Below, in pieces: positions 46,849-57,707 of a stretch of 64,000 nt of DNA. Position 1 is the first letter of the stretch, and each line of letters begins with the position of its first letter. The notes under the pieces were generated by a model. The model made no database searches. It worked only from the letters and a program-made list of their open reading frames with translations, and had not been told where the DNA came from. Position numbers and translations under genes: made by a program. The DNA is from Eubacterium sp. (GTDB lineage Bacteria > Bacillota > Clostridia > Lachnospirales > Lachnospiraceae): NCBI GenBank assembly GCA_022796875.1, contig JAAWJJ010000002.1, forward strand, positions 21,819-85,818, written 5' to 3'.

Positions 46849-49800
46849 TTATGTTATCCAACGGTTTAATTCTTTTAACAGTTCTTCGAAATTAAGCGGC
46901 TTCGCGATATGCTCGTTCATTCCGGCCTGTTTCGCCATCCTTACGTCTTCAGCAAATGCATTTGCCGTCATCGCAATAATCGGAACCCGTTTTGCATAAT
47001 TCCCCGGCAGGGCGCGTATCGCCTTTGTGGCTTCGTAACCGTTCATAAACGGCATCTGGATATCCATAAATACCATATCATAATACCCGTCTTCCGCCTC
47101 CGTTATTTTCTCCACCGCCTGCTTTCCGTTTTCTGCAAATTCGACGGCCAGTCCAGCCATTCCCAATATTTCGCCTGCTATTTCCGCATTCAGTTCGTTA
47201 TCCTCTGCCAGCAGCACCCGCTTCCCGCTGAAATCCTGTTTGAACACTTCTTTTAGGTTATAACCGGAAGTATCCTGCAATTCATTCCCCAGCAGAAATT
47301 TAAACAACCGGATTATTCTGGAAGTAAATAGCGGTTTGCTAAGGAATGCGTTTGCCCCGGCTTCCCTGCCTTCCATTTCAATATCCGACCAGTCGTATTT
47401 TGAAATAATCACGATCGGAATCTCATCTCCGGCACGCCTGCGTATCTCCTTTGCCGCCGTCACCCCGTCCATTTCCGGCATTTTCCAGGCAAGAAGCACC
47501 GCAAAATAACGGTTTCCCGATTCGTAGCGTTTTACTGCTCGTTCTACGGCTTCACAGCCATTTAACACCCATTCCCCTTTCATTCCCAGATCAGATAACA
47601 CGGAACAGGTTCTTTCGCAGACCACCTGATCTCCGTCTGCTATCAATACCTGCAGCCCTCTCAATTCCTCTGTACTTTCCTCCTCCCTGGTATCCTGCAA
47701 TTCCAGAAAAAAGGTAACCGTAAACTTCGTTCCCTCACCCAGCCGGCTTTCCACCTGAATATCCCCGTTCATCATGCGGACAATATTCCGGGAAATGGCC
47801 ATTCCAAGTCCCGTCCCCTGCATTTTTTCCACTTTTTCGTCTTTTGCCCTTGTAAACGGTTCAAAAATCTGAGGAACAAATTCTTCGCTCATACCGATAC
47901 CGTTGTCTTTGAAAATAAATTCATAACATCCGCGGCGTTCATGATTCGTCGGTTTTTCGCTGATCGCGATTTCAATTTTACCGCCTTCCGGGGTATATTT
48001 TGCCGCATTGCTTAACAGATTCATAAATACCTGCTGGATACGCTGGCTGTCGCCGATCACGTTTTCGTGTTCTACTTTTCCGATCGTGATCGTCAGTTCC
48101 TGTTTCTTCGCCTCGATATTTGATTTCATAATCGTCACCAGACTTTCCACCACATCCGACAGATTAAATTCCTCCACATTCAGATCAAGCTTCCCGGATT
48201 CGATTTTATTCATATCCAGCACTTCATTGATCAGCCCCAGCAAATGCCTGCTGGACACTGCAATTTTGGAAAGACAGTCCAATACCCTCTCCCTGTCTTC
48301 AATATTCGCTTCTGCAATCGCGGTCATGCCGATAATCCCATTCATTGGCGTACGAATATCATGGCTCATGCTGGCCAGAAAGTTTGTTTTTGCCTCACTA
48401 GCGCGGTTTGCCGCTTCGTAAGCCTCTTTCAGCGCCTGCTGCTGCGTCAGCTCTTTCCTTTTTTCCTCGTCTATCCGCTCCGAAACAAACAGAACCTCTC
48501 TCATACTGCCATCCTGATCACGTTTCACTTCGATAAAGCTGCACCGGACCCAGGCACTATGTGTGGTCTGGTATTCCATGCTGATAATCTTTTCTTTCTG
48601 CATCCGCATTTGCAGTGTAGGTAAATTTACAAACCGCTTAAATTTCTGCCGGTAAGAATCGCATATTTCTGTCTGAATATACCGTTCCAACGCCACGGCA
48701 GCATCTTTGCAGTTTTTTAGAAATCCTTTGGAATATTCGGTACCGTCTGCCGCCTCAAATAAACCTTTATCCAGGTTAATATGATAAACGGCATAGTATA
48801 TCTCTCCGATAGCGCCTATGATTTCCAGCTTTTTCTGCTCGGAATCAAGCGCAGCCTGAAGCTCCGCGTTGGAAACCGCCAGTTTTTCCCTGGCCTCCTC
48901 CAGCTCCCTGCGCCTGGCTTCTTCTTTCTTCCGAACCTCTGTCGTATTGGTCATCACGCACAGCGCATGGATATGCCCGCTTTCTTCGTCTTCCGACATA
49001 AACAGTACGTTCCGGTAATAACTGTCCATTGACGGAACATAATATTCCGCTTCAAAAGAAGTTCTTCCGGCAGTATAATGCGCCGCCAACTTTTCAGAAA
49101 AAAAGAAATCTTCCATGGAACTGTCCCGCAACTGAATATTATATTTTTCCAAAAAGCGGGCGCACAGGGCATCATAAGCAACCGGGGCGTTAAACCCTAA
49201 CAGCTTCACAAAGTTTAAACCCCTGTCGCTCATCGCCGATTTTTGGATAATTCCCTCTGTAATATCAAAAGAAATGCAGCTTGCGCTGCCTTCTGTCAAC
49301 GCTCCCCTGTACATCTTTTTCTCTCTGTAAAGAGATGCTTTTAACTCTTCCTGTTTTGTCACGTCCTGCATCACGCTCAAAATAAACTGCCGGCCATTCT
49401 CAAAAGAAAGCAGTTTGGTATGATTTTCTATAACAAGAAGTTCCTTATTTTTTCTGCGAATCCGGAATTTATAATTTGCATAATCACCAGGCTGTTTCAG
49501 GCTGCCGACCGCATTTTTGACAACCCACATGTCTTCCGGCAGTACATGCTGCATAACTATCCTGCCAAAACTTTTCCTGTCCTGTGTACCATATTCAAAA
49601 ATTCTCCTGCTCTCATCGTTTACGATCAGCACTTCGCGCTCCGGCAGCGTATAAGCAAATACCCCGCAGCTTAAAGAATCCACCATCTGCATTTGCATCG
49701 TCAGGAAATTTGCGAGCGTTTCGTTTTTTTGCAGCAGTTCCGTAATATCCTGGAACAGGCTGTAATGTTTCATCTTCCCGTCCGTATCCACAATCTTTTT

Positions 49801-50898
49801 CCCGATATCGGAAATCCAGCAAACGGAACCGTCCTTGTGTTTGACGCGGTACTTTACGGAATAAGTATCTCTTACGGCATATTGTTTTTGAATTTCTTCC
49901 AGCACTGATTTCCTGTCTTCTTCCAGAATATTTTCAGCCGCATTGCCGCCGCAGGCTTTTAGAAGTTCCTCCGGAAGATAACCCTGAATAGCGGCCGCTC
50001 CCTCGCTGATATAGGAAAAAGTGAATTTTTCGTCATCATGACAGACAATAAATCCACCGGAAATTCCCCTTAACAAAATATCGATCTGCTGCATCAGGTC
50101 ATCGTTTTTCTTTCTGTCCGTAATGTCCATGATACTTCTTTGTACAATGCAGTCGCCGTTCGCATCATAAAAAATCTGCACCGTACCGTAACAATACCGG
50201 ATTTTGCTGCTGTTCTTTCGCGCCACCCTGTATTCTACGAATTTGATATCTCCGACCCCTTTTAGCTCGGAAAGCGCTTTTGCAATCAGCTCCCTGTCTT
50301 CCTCCAGCACCGTTCCGGCAATTCCGCGTACGGAATCTTCCGCCAGCTCCTCTTCCGTCGTATATCCTAAAATATTAAGCGCTTCCCTGTTTGCCAGATA
50401 CAGTTTATAGTCCGACATCCGATAGCGCAATACCCCGCAGGCAATCGAAGATAAGGTTACTTTCAGTTCCTGCTCTTTCTTCTTCACATCCGAATGATTT
50501 TCTACAATGCCTGCACAGATTTCCGGATTATGATCCTCGTCCCATTCTACGGTAGTAAGCGTCGCCTGCCACCATTTCTCGCCTTCTTTTTCCCGGAACT
50601 CTACGGAAGCCGAACGCACTCCGGACTCTATATCCGTAATCATTTTTGCAAACAAAGCCGCATCTTCTTCCATTACGATCTCTTCACAAAAATCATCCGG
50701 CATATGCCTATAGACGGACTGGCAATGCAGACCCTGACAGGTGTCTTCTTCCATTACACATATTTTTTTCTTCGGAAAATAACGAAAAAGAAACACATTT
50801 GCCTGATTCAATGCCGCCAGTATATGTTCCACGTCAAATGCCGGAATCATTTTTCTGATCTCTCCGGATATTTGTTCCGTAATTTTTTCATCATTCAT
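46849..50898 (-). CDS. hybrid sensor histidine kinase/response regulator with multiple PAS domains and two receiver domains
   Basis: 1349 aa. Several PAS-like repeats, HisKA (SHDIRTPMNGI), HATPase (GTGLGMAI) and two REC domains (DxxMPxMDG). Confidence 0.88.
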   Translation of the reverse strand: MNDEKITEQISGEIRKMIPAFDVEHILAALNQANVFLFRYFPKKKICVMEEDTCQGLHCQSVYRHMPDDFCEEIVMEEDAALFAKMITDIESGVRSASVEFREKEGEKWWQATLTTVEWDEDHNPEICAGIVENHSDVKKKEQELKVTLSSIACGVLRYRMSDYKLYLANREALNILGYTTEEELAEDSVRGIAGTVLEEDRELIAKALSELKGVGDIKFVEYRVARKNSSKIRYCYGTVQIFYDANGDCIVQRSIMDITDRKKNDDLMQQIDILLRGISGGFIVCHDDEKFTFSYISEGAAAIQGYLPEELLKACGGNAAENILEEDRKSVLEEIQKQYAVRDTYSVKYRVKHKDGSVCWISDIGKKIVDTDGKMKHYSLFQDITELLQKNETLANFLTMQMQMVDSLSCGVFAYTLPEREVLIVNDESRRIFEYGTQDRKSFGRIVMQHVLPEDMWVVKNAVGSLKQPGDYANYKFRIRRKNKELLVIENHTKLLSFENGRQFILSVMQDVTKQEELKASLYREKKMYRGALTEGSASCISFDITEGIIQKSAMSDRGLNFVKLLGFNAPVAYDALCARFLEKYNIQLRDSSMEDFFFSEKLAAHYTAGRTSFEAEYYVPSMDSYYRNVLFMSEDEESGHIHALCVMTNTTEVRKKEEARRRELEEAREKLAVSNAELQAALDSEQKKLEIIGAIGEIYYAVYHINLDKGLFEAADGTEYSKGFLKNCKDAAVALERYIQTEICDSYRQKFKRFVNLPTLQMRMQKEKIISMEYQTTHSAWVRCSFIEVKRDQDGSMREVLFVSERIDEEKRKELTQQQALKEAYEAANRASEAKTNFLASMSHDIRTPMNGIIGMTAIAEANIEDRERVLDCLSKIAVSSRHLLGLINEVLDMNKIESGKLDLNVEEFNLSDVVESLVTIMKSNIEAKKQELTITIGKVEHENVIGDSQRIQQVFMNLLSNAAKYTPEGGKIEIAISEKPTNHERRGCYEFIFKDNGIGMSEEFVPQIFEPFTRAKDEKVEKMQGTGLGMAISRNIVRMMNGDIQVESRLGEGTKFTVTFFLELQDTREEESTEELRGLQVLIADGDQVVCERTCSVLSDLGMKGEWVLNGCEAVERAVKRYESGNRYFAVLLAWKMPEMDGVTAAKEIRRRAGDEIPIVIISKYDWSDIEMEGREAGANAFLSKPLFTSRIIRLFKFLLGNELQDTSGYNLKEVFKQDFSGKRVLLAEDNELNAEIAGEILGMAGLAVEFAENGKQAVEKITEAEDGYYDMVFMDIQMPFMNGYEATKAIRALPGNYAKRVPIIAMTANAFAEDVRMAKQAGMNEHIAKPLNFEELLKELNRWIT

Positions 50899-51037
50899 AT
50901 TGTGATCTCCCCTGGTTAAACTGCTCCTATGTTCCTATTGTATCATAATTCCGCCGTAAAATAAATCACTGTCCGAACTAGATTTTAAGAAATGGGCACT
51001 GTTTTTTCGATTCCGAAAGTATCACAGAAACGGCTGC

Positions 51038-53452
51038 TTACCGTCGCTCCGCTGCATACTCCCCCTCTTTTTCCACAATCTCAATCTGTCCCTGCCCAAC
51101 CGTCATATACACAGAATTGCTGACAGCGCGGATCCGTTCCAGCGCTTCTTTGTGCGGATGTCCGTACCGGTTCTTTTCTCCGGCAGAAATAATCGTAATC
51201 TGAGGCTTTAATTTTTCTAACAGTATTTCGCAGTTCGAATTTTTGCTTCCGTGATGATCCGCTTTAAAACAGGTAATATTGGCAAGATCATAGGCCTGCG
51301 CCAGCTTTTCCTCCTGTACGGAAGAAATATCTCCGCCAAACAACGCGGTAAAATTGCCATGTTTCAAATGCAGCACCAGGCTCGCTTCATTTCTGTCCAT
51401 ACCGTTTTCCGCCGTCGGTGCCAGTACCGAAACCGTCGTATCATTCCATTTGAACTGCTGCCCTGCCGTCACATACAAAATTTCCGTTCCCGACTTTTTC
51501 GCCGCTGCCTCCAGTTTTTCATCCATTTGCTGCGCTTTTGCATATACGAGAAACCGAATCGGGTATCCGCTGTCCAGTATTTCAATCAGGCCGGAAATAT
51601 GATCGGAATCAGAATGGCTGACAAACCAGTAATCTATGGATCCGATTTTATTTGATTTTAAAAACGGCAGAATCTGATATTTGCCGACCAGTTTTTTGTC
51701 GCTGCTTCCGCCGTCAATAAAGCAGGTATGCGCCCGGTCTGTTTCTATAAAAATACCGTCCCCCTGCCCTACATCCAGCATAACCAGCCGAAAACCGGCC
51801 GGCGGCCGATACCATAAAACGAGAAAAGCCGTTCCGATCAGTATCCAACCCCGTTTTTCAATCAAAAGCCTGCGCTTTTTGCCGCAATCCTGACGCTTCT
51901 CATTCAAATCCCTGCGCTTTCTGCTGCAATCCTGTCGCTTTTTATCTGATAATAACAAAACCAGCGCCGTCAAAAGCAGCAGATAGGCAGCCAGCACCTG
52001 CGATAATTCCGGTTTTCCGGTCAGCACGGAAGAAAACGGAACTTCCGCTGCCCAGCGGCACAGCATTTCATAAAACTTCAGAATGAGCCGGACCGGCAGA
52101 AAAAAGTAATGCAGCGCTGCCTCCGCCACATAAGGGACAGGAAACATCAACGCTTCTGCAGCACCGTACAGGATTACCGAAACACTGCCTCCCAAAAGCG
52201 ACAGCAGAAGCACCGCCGGTGCCAACGGCAGCACTATGATATTGAGCAGCAGGCTGATCCATACTACTTCATAACTGCTGTACATCACAAGCGGCAGCAA
52301 AACAAACTGGATACCGGCGGAAAGAATCAGGCTGTCCGCAAGTTTTCCGCCATGCACCCGCCGGCTTAAGGGCGCGGCCAGAAACAGGATCGCCGCAGCA
52401 GCCAGATAAGAATACAGGAAACTCAAATTTGCCGCAAGTTCCGGCTGTGCTGCCAACTGCACTGCCGCGGATAAAGCTAACGCCGTTTTTCCCTCGTATT
52501 TCCTGTTCCATACAAGAGAAAGCATCATGACCGCAAACATAAATCCCGCGCGGCATGCCGATACCGACCCGCCGCTCATTACGACATAAAAAGCAATCAG
52601 CAGCAAAGATATCATTGCCGCTGCTTTTTTGGCGCAGCGCAGTTTTAAAAGCATCCGATAAAAAAACATTCCAATCAGCGACACATGCAGTCCGGAAATA
52701 GCCAGCAGATGACTGATCCCTCCCTCCTGATACAATTCCTTGATTTCCGCATCCGTTCCCGTCTTTTTCCCTAACAGCATGCTTTTGATTACCCCGGCTT
52801 CTCTGCCCGGCATAAATCTTTCAAACTGCTCCTGCATTTTTTGCCGGAATACTGCTGCCGCCGTAAGGAATGGATTCCGGCATGGCTCTGACATTTTTGC
52901 CTCCTCTGCGTAAATTTTTCCGTTCACGCCTTTTGACGTATAGTATTTTTTCTCGTCAAAAGCTCCGTCGTTCCCAGCTTCAGAAAACGGTTTCACAACG
53001 CCCGATACCTGCACGGACGCTCCATATATTTTTTCTTTTCGCTCTAAAAGGGGATCACCGGAATCCAGATACACAAGAATTGTACCGGTATTTATAATCT
53101 GACGCCCGTCCCGGCAGTATGAATCCGCCAGGAGCAGGCCTGTAGACAGTTCTTTTTGTACGACCTCTTTCACGGTCCCTGCCGCCGTCACCGGATGCGC
53201 TTCAGCAAAAGGACGTTTTTGCAAGTCGTCAATATGGGCGGAATATCCGTTCCAAATTACTGCTGCTGCCGCTGCCACGCCCAGGCATAAATAGTAAGGC
53301 CACCTCGCCAGATACGGATGGCGCCGTTTCCATTTTGCCCAGAAAACCATGGCCATGGCGGCATACAAAAGAAACATCGGGTGAAAATTACGGCTGCATA
53401 CCGTAATAAAAAGAAATATCACCGATGTATGTAATATTATATTCGTTGTCAA
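51038..53452 (-). CDS. comEC: DNA internalization-related competence protein ComEC/Rec2
   Basis: Polytopic competence domain plus a C-terminal metallo-beta-lactamase domain (HSDSDHISG). The start codon is uncertain (the track start is TTG). Confidence 0.88.
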   Translation of the reverse strand: MTTNIILHTSVIFLFITVCSRNFHPMFLLYAAMAMVFWAKWKRRHPYLARWPYYLCLGVAAAAAVIWNGYSAHIDDLQKRPFAEAHPVTAAGTVKEVVQKELSTGLLLADSYCRDGRQIINTGTILVYLDSGDPLLERKEKIYGASVQVSGVVKPFSEAGNDGAFDEKKYYTSKGVNGKIYAEEAKMSEPCRNPFLTAAAVFRQKMQEQFERFMPGREAGVIKSMLLGKKTGTDAEIKELYQEGGISHLLAISGLHVSLIGMFFYRMLLKLRCAKKAAAMISLLLIAFYVVMSGGSVSACRAGFMFAVMMLSLVWNRKYEGKTALALSAAVQLAAQPELAANLSFLYSYLAAAAILFLAAPLSRRVHGGKLADSLILSAGIQFVLLPLVMYSSYEVVWISLLLNIIVLPLAPAVLLLSLLGGSVSVILYGAAEALMFPVPYVAEAALHYFFLPVRLILKFYEMLCRWAAEVPFSSVLTGKPELSQVLAAYLLLLTALVLLLSDKKRQDCSRKRRDLNEKRQDCGKKRRLLIEKRGWILIGTAFLVLWYRPPAGFRLVMLDVGQGDGIFIETDRAHTCFIDGGSSDKKLVGKYQILPFLKSNKIGSIDYWFVSHSDSDHISGLIEILDSGYPIRFLVYAKAQQMDEKLEAAAKKSGTEILYVTAGQQFKWNDTTVSVLAPTAENGMDRNEASLVLHLKHGNFTALFGGDISSVQEEKLAQAYDLANITCFKADHHGSKNSNCEILLEKLKPQITIISAGEKNRYGHPHKEALERIRAVSNSVYMTVGQGQIEIVEKEGEYAAERR

Positions 53453-54402
53453 TTGCCTGAATTTTCTCCTTCCGTAAAGGCACTTCCTGCCTCGTCGGAA
53501 ACGACATAATCCAGATTCCGTTCGTATAATGTTTCAAAGGAACATTTCTCCCGATACACCATGCTCGTATTTCCATTGACAGAAATCTGCACTTTATTGA
53601 TATTTGGCAGTTCCGTCAGGGAATTCACAATAGAATAGATGACAATTTCCTCTTCTATATCATAATTTTGCTGCATAAACGCTTCGCTTAAATTGACAAA
53701 ACATACTCCATCCAGTACCGAAACGCTCACAAGTGAAGTGTCCGGCGGAATCGTATTTTTATACCCGTTCGAAGAAGTTCCCTGAATCAGATGCTCCATC
53801 ACCAGTTTTTCCATCGAGGTATTACTGGTTTCATATACATCTTTTGTCGTTTTTAATAAACCGTTCCCTTTTTCATTTGCAAAATACAGGGTAATCGTTG
53901 ATTCCTGGATGGCATTAATCTGTTCTCCCGGATTCTGTATAAAGCTTTCGCTTGTCATTAACCCGACCAGATTCCCGGCGCTGTCCTCCAGAGGAGCTCC
54001 GTCAATATAAAAGGACACATAGGTAACACCGTCAATCTGTGTCAGCGTACGGACTACCGCCGCCCTGCAGAGTATTTCGGTAATACTGTCCATAACGGAA
54101 TATCCTTCCCCGAAATCAATATTCAGCTGTTCCTTATCCAGCGAATACGATTTTACAACAATCTCACTGCTGATCGCATTCCGATAGTCTACTTCCTGGG
54201 GATCGGCCTGCAGCATATCCATAAACTCATCGATCAATTCTTCCGTCGTGTCCCCATACGGCCTGTATCCCTTTTCTACCAGTCTGGTCGTGTCTTTATT
54301 GATATAATTAATGGAATAACCGGTTTCTTCCTCCTTATTGTTACATCCTGCCAATAAAAAAATCCCTGCCAGCAAAATAAGCGGCAAAAAAATTTTCTTC
54401 AT
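53449..54402 (-). CDS. GerMN-domain lipoprotein
   Basis: Lipobox LLAGC after MKKIFLPLILLAG, followed by two GerMN-like repeats. Start ATG 54402 follows AGGAAGGA. Confidence 0.6.
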   Translation of the reverse strand: MKKIFLPLILLAGIFLLAGCNNKEEETGYSINYINKDTTRLVEKGYRPYGDTTEELIDEFMDMLQADPQEVDYRNAISSEIVVKSYSLDKEQLNIDFGEGYSVMDSITEILCRAAVVRTLTQIDGVTYVSFYIDGAPLEDSAGNLVGLMTSESFIQNPGEQINAIQESTITLYFANEKGNGLLKTTKDVYETSNTSMEKLVMEHLIQGTSSNGYKNTIPPDTSLVSVSVLDGVCFVNLSEAFMQQNYDIEEEIVIYSIVNSLTELPNINKVQISVNGNTSMVYREKCSFETLYERNLDYVVSDEAGSAFTEGENSGN

Positions 54403-54418
54403 GCTGTTTTCCTTCCTG

Positions 54419-55849
54419 TTAAGCAATATAATTTAACGGAATCCGCACATTAAAAGTCGTTCCCTTGTCTTCTTCGCTATAAGCTTTTATGGCTCCCCGA
54501 TGCATTAATACGGCATTTCTTGTAATGGCAAGCCCAAGGCCCGTACCTCCGATCTCACGGGAATGTGATTTGTCTACACGATAAAATCTTTCATAGATAT
54601 ATTCCAGGGATTCTTCCGGGATTCCGATACCGGAATCCTCCACTTTGACATAAAAATACTGATGGTCGGCATTCAGCGACACATGAACCCAGCCTTCCGG
54701 TTTATTATACTTTATCGCATTTTCTACCAGATTTGTAATGGCCAGCGTCAGCTTCACTTCGTCTACTTCCGCACTGACCGGCCGGAAACTTTCCAGTACC
54801 AGGTCGACGTTCTGCTGTTTTGCAATCGGCTGCAGCCGCTTCATAATCAGTTCCAGTAAATCATTGACACTGACCGTTTCAATATTCAGCGTTGCTTCCG
54901 TCTTATCCATTTTAACCAGAGACAGCAAATCGTTGATAATTTTGTTTTCCCGCTCGATTTCCGCCGCAATATCGGACATAAACTCCTTATACAGCTCGAT
55001 CGGCACTTCTTCCTGCCCGGTCAGGGAATCCGCCAGTACTTTCATCGATGTCAGAGGTGTCTTCAATTCATGCGATACGTTGGATACAAATTCCTGTCTG
55101 GAATCATCCAGCACTTTCATCCGCGCCAGCATCCGGTTTACTTCCTGCGTAATATCGTAAACCTCGCTGTAATCATTTACTTCTATATTTGCCTGAATAT
55201 ATCCCGCCTGCACGCCGCTCAGTTTCTCCACTACCCGGCGCAGCGGCTTCGTGTACACGTCTGACAGCCGGACTGCAAACGCCAGAATAATAATCACAAA
55301 AGCGCATTGCAGGACAAAAGCATTTCTGCGGATATACGTTTTGCCGGCTAATATGGAATCCGTAGAAACGCTGACCAAAATTACTCCCTCTGTTTTCTGT
55401 GTTTCCAGATTGCTGATTGGTACGGTCAGCTCAATATAACGGTTCTCGGAATCATAATTATTGATTTCCTCCCCACGAAAACTTTTCACCACTTCTTCCG
55501 AAATAATTGTTTTCCCTTCATCCAGCTTGTATGTATCTTTCACAATATGGAAAGAGTCGTCCACAAGAATCACCCTGCCGTCGTATATATTCGAAATCTG
55601 GTCAATCTGCGAAGAGATCACTTCCGACGAAGTATCATGAATGTAATCGTTATTTGCCATCTGATTTACCAACAGTTTCGTCTGGCTTAAAATATCAATC
55701 GTACGGTCCGACACGGCTTTCTTCATATAAGAAGTCAGCATACTGTATTGTAAAATAAACGGCGTCAGGATCCCAATCGCCAAAAAAGTGAGCACCAGAC
55801 GGAATCTCAGGCTTTTTATCAGTTTTTTTAATCGTTCCAGCTTACCCAT
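54419..55849 (-). CDS. sensor histidine kinase (two TM, HAMP-like, HisKA, HATPase)
   Basis: SHELKTPLTS H-box and GGTGLGLAI G2 box. Confidence 0.88.
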   Translation of the reverse strand: MGKLERLKKLIKSLRFRLVLTFLAIGILTPFILQYSMLTSYMKKAVSDRTIDILSQTKLLVNQMANNDYIHDTSSEVISSQIDQISNIYDGRVILVDDSFHIVKDTYKLDEGKTIISEEVVKSFRGEEINNYDSENRYIELTVPISNLETQKTEGVILVSVSTDSILAGKTYIRRNAFVLQCAFVIIILAFAVRLSDVYTKPLRRVVEKLSGVQAGYIQANIEVNDYSEVYDITQEVNRMLARMKVLDDSRQEFVSNVSHELKTPLTSMKVLADSLTGQEEVPIELYKEFMSDIAAEIERENKIINDLLSLVKMDKTEATLNIETVSVNDLLELIMKRLQPIAKQQNVDLVLESFRPVSAEVDEVKLTLAITNLVENAIKYNKPEGWVHVSLNADHQYFYVKVEDSGIGIPEESLEYIYERFYRVDKSHSREIGGTGLGLAITRNAVLMHRGAIKAYSEEDKGTTFNVRIPLNYIA

Positions 55850-55863
55850 TTGTTATCCTTGCA

Positions 55864-56553
55864 TCATCCTTTATAATAGTATCCCATACCCCATTTGGTA
55901 TGCACGTATTTCGGCTCGCTCGGATTCACTTCGATCTTCTCCCGCAGCCGGCGCACATGGACGTCCACTGTCCTGACATCTCCAGGGTATTCATATCCCC
56001 ACACAAGGTTCAGCAGATTTTCTCTGCTGTATACTTTATCCGGATTTAAAACCAGAAGCTCCAGCAGATCAAATTCTTTCGCAGTCAGGTTGACTTCTTT
56101 CCCGGAAATATACAGGCGGCGGCTTTCTCTGTCCAGTTTCAGATTTCCGTTCTCTATCACGCTTTCCTGGTCTTTTGCCGCAGCAGGGGCGGCGGTCCTG
56201 CGGATAATCGCCTTGATACGCGCTTTTACTTCCAAAATATTAAATGGCTTCGTAATATAATCGTCCGCTCCGTATTCCAACCCCAGAATCTTATCCATAT
56301 CGTCGCCTTTTGCCGTCAGCATGACGATCGGTACGGTAGAAAATTCCCGGATAGACTGGCATACGGAAAAACCGTCCATCTTTGGCAGCATGACGTCCAG
56401 AAGTATAATATCAAAATTTCCTGCTTTCGCTTTTTCCAGAGCTTCCTCTCCGTCATAGGCACATTCTACTTCCATTCCGTCCTGCTCCAGGCTGAAACGG
56501 ATTCCTTTTACGATCAGTTTTTCATCATCCACCACTAATACTTTCTTCGCCAT
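55864..56553 (-). CDS. OmpR-family response regulator
   Basis: REC domain (VLVVDDE..., DVMLPKMDG) plus a winged-helix C-terminus (VDVHVRRLREK). Confidence 0.93.
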   Translation of the reverse strand: MAKKVLVVDDEKLIVKGIRFSLEQDGMEVECAYDGEEALEKAKAGNFDIILLDVMLPKMDGFSVCQSIREFSTVPIVMLTAKGDDMDKILGLEYGADDYITKPFNILEVKARIKAIIRRTAAPAAAKDQESVIENGNLKLDRESRRLYISGKEVNLTAKEFDLLELLVLNPDKVYSRENLLNLVWGYEYPGDVRTVDVHVRRLREKIEVNPSEPKYVHTKWGMGYYYKG

Positions 56554-56610
56554 AAGAACCTCCCCTATACTTTCCGTTTCCCATCGTGAAGCGTTTGCTT
56601 CATTCTGATC

Positions 56611-57375
56611 TTACACCGTAATATCATTTTTTATCTTGTTGAAAACGCCTTCTTTAATGCCTTCGATTTTCATAATATCTTCTATCGCCGAAAAAGCGCC
56701 CTGTTCCTCCCGATAAGACAGAATACTGTCCGCTTTTGCTTCTCCGATTCCGCTAAGAGTCATAAGCTGCTCTTTCGTCGCCGTGTTCAGGTTGATCAGG
56801 CTGCTCTGTCCGGTATCCGGTTCTCCGGCGGACGAAACCTGCTCCCCCACGGACGGCACGTAAATCTTCTGCCCGTCCGTCATATTTTCTGCCAGATTTA
56901 ACGCGGCGGCATCCGCATCCTGAGAAAAGCCGCCTGCCAGTTCGATCGCTTCATACACGCGCATATCCGCTTTCAGTTCATAAACCGCCGGATTTGCCAC
57001 GCAGCCGCAGACATAGACAAAAATGGTTTCTGATTCCGCCGGGATACTTTTGTTTTCAGAACCCGCCTTTGCCGGGAAATCACCGTTCCCGGTTTCCTGT
57101 TCTGCCGGGAAATCACTGTTTCCGATTCCTGACTCTGCCGGAAAATCACTGTTTCCGCCTCCTGACTCTGTCAGAAGATCACGATTTTTATCGGTGCAGC
57201 CGCCCGCTAAAAACAAAATCACCATACATAGTAATAGCATACCCGTTCTTTTTACGGTCTTTCCTCCTGCATCTGTTCTTTTTACGGTTTTGCTCTTTGT
57301 ATCTGTTCTTTTTGTCCTTGTTCTTTTTGCATTTATTCTTTTTGTATCTATTCTTTCTATGGTTACGCTGTCCAT
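56611..57375 (-). CDS. comEA: competence protein ComEA (SLBB plus helix-hairpin-helix DNA receptor) with repeat-rich N-terminal half
   Basis: C-terminal INLNTATKEQLMTLSGIGEAKADSILSYRE HhH motif and an SLBB domain. ATG 57375 follows AAGGAG. Confidence 0.85.
   Translation of the reverse strand: MDSVTIERIDTKRINAKRTRTKRTDTKSKTVKRTDAGGKTVKRTGMLLLCMVILFLAGGCTDKNRDLLTESGGGNSDFPAESGIGNSDFPAEQETGNGDFPAKAGSENKSIPAESETIFVYVCGCVANPAVYELKADMRVYEAIELAGGFSQDADAAALNLAENMTDGQKIYVPSVGEQVSSAGEPDTGQSSLINLNTATKEQLMTLSGIGEAKADSILSYREEQGAFSAIEDIMKIEGIKEGVFNKIKNDITV
57038..57169. repeat. four tandem 33-nt repeats inside comEA (11-aa units xGxGNSDFPAE)
   Basis: Units at 57038, 57071, 57104 and 57137. The last three are near-identical. 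Confidence 0.8.
57243..57360. repeat. degenerate tandem repeats (30-nt, then 12-15-nt units, core TGTTCTTTTT) encoding the basic TKRT-rich N-terminus of ComEA
   Basis: Repeated CTGTTCTTTTTACGG... and TTCTTTTTG strings seen directly. Confidence 0.7.
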
Positions 57376-57707
57376 GCTTCTCCTTTTCTAAATGTATTGC
57401 TTTTAGAAAAAGATGCTTTTATACCGCTTATCATTGTAGCCGACTTGAACGGCTTTTTCAATAGCCAGAAATACGATTGTGCAAAAAGTTTCTTTTCACG
57501 GTAACTTTTCATGGAATGGGGAAGTCAATTCATTTCCGCCGCAGTACCCTAGCTTCGCTGGGTCATACCCTGCGATCCTGCCCGGAAGTTTTTTATATCA
57601 TAGAAAATTTAATACGTTATCACTTTAATTTGACGCGGTATTTCCTATGATAAAAAAAGCAGCTTCTGTTCAGAAAACTCTGATACAACGGCTGCTTCTT
57701 TGTCTGC

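Noticed and set aside
57038-57360. Tandem repeats considered as a possible CRISPR array. The 46803-46844 and 17298-17362 repeats were considered in the same way.
   Set aside because: The repeats are contiguous with no unique spacers, are 14-36 nt in period, mostly lie inside a CDS in frame, and no cas genes are present in the window.
57376-57707. The 330-nt spacer upstream of comEA was inspected for a riboswitch or T-box.
   Set aside because: Only small local hairpins are present (57389-57412, 57438-57460) plus a terminator for the DMT transporter gene (about 57653-57700). I could recognise no conserved riboswitch core.
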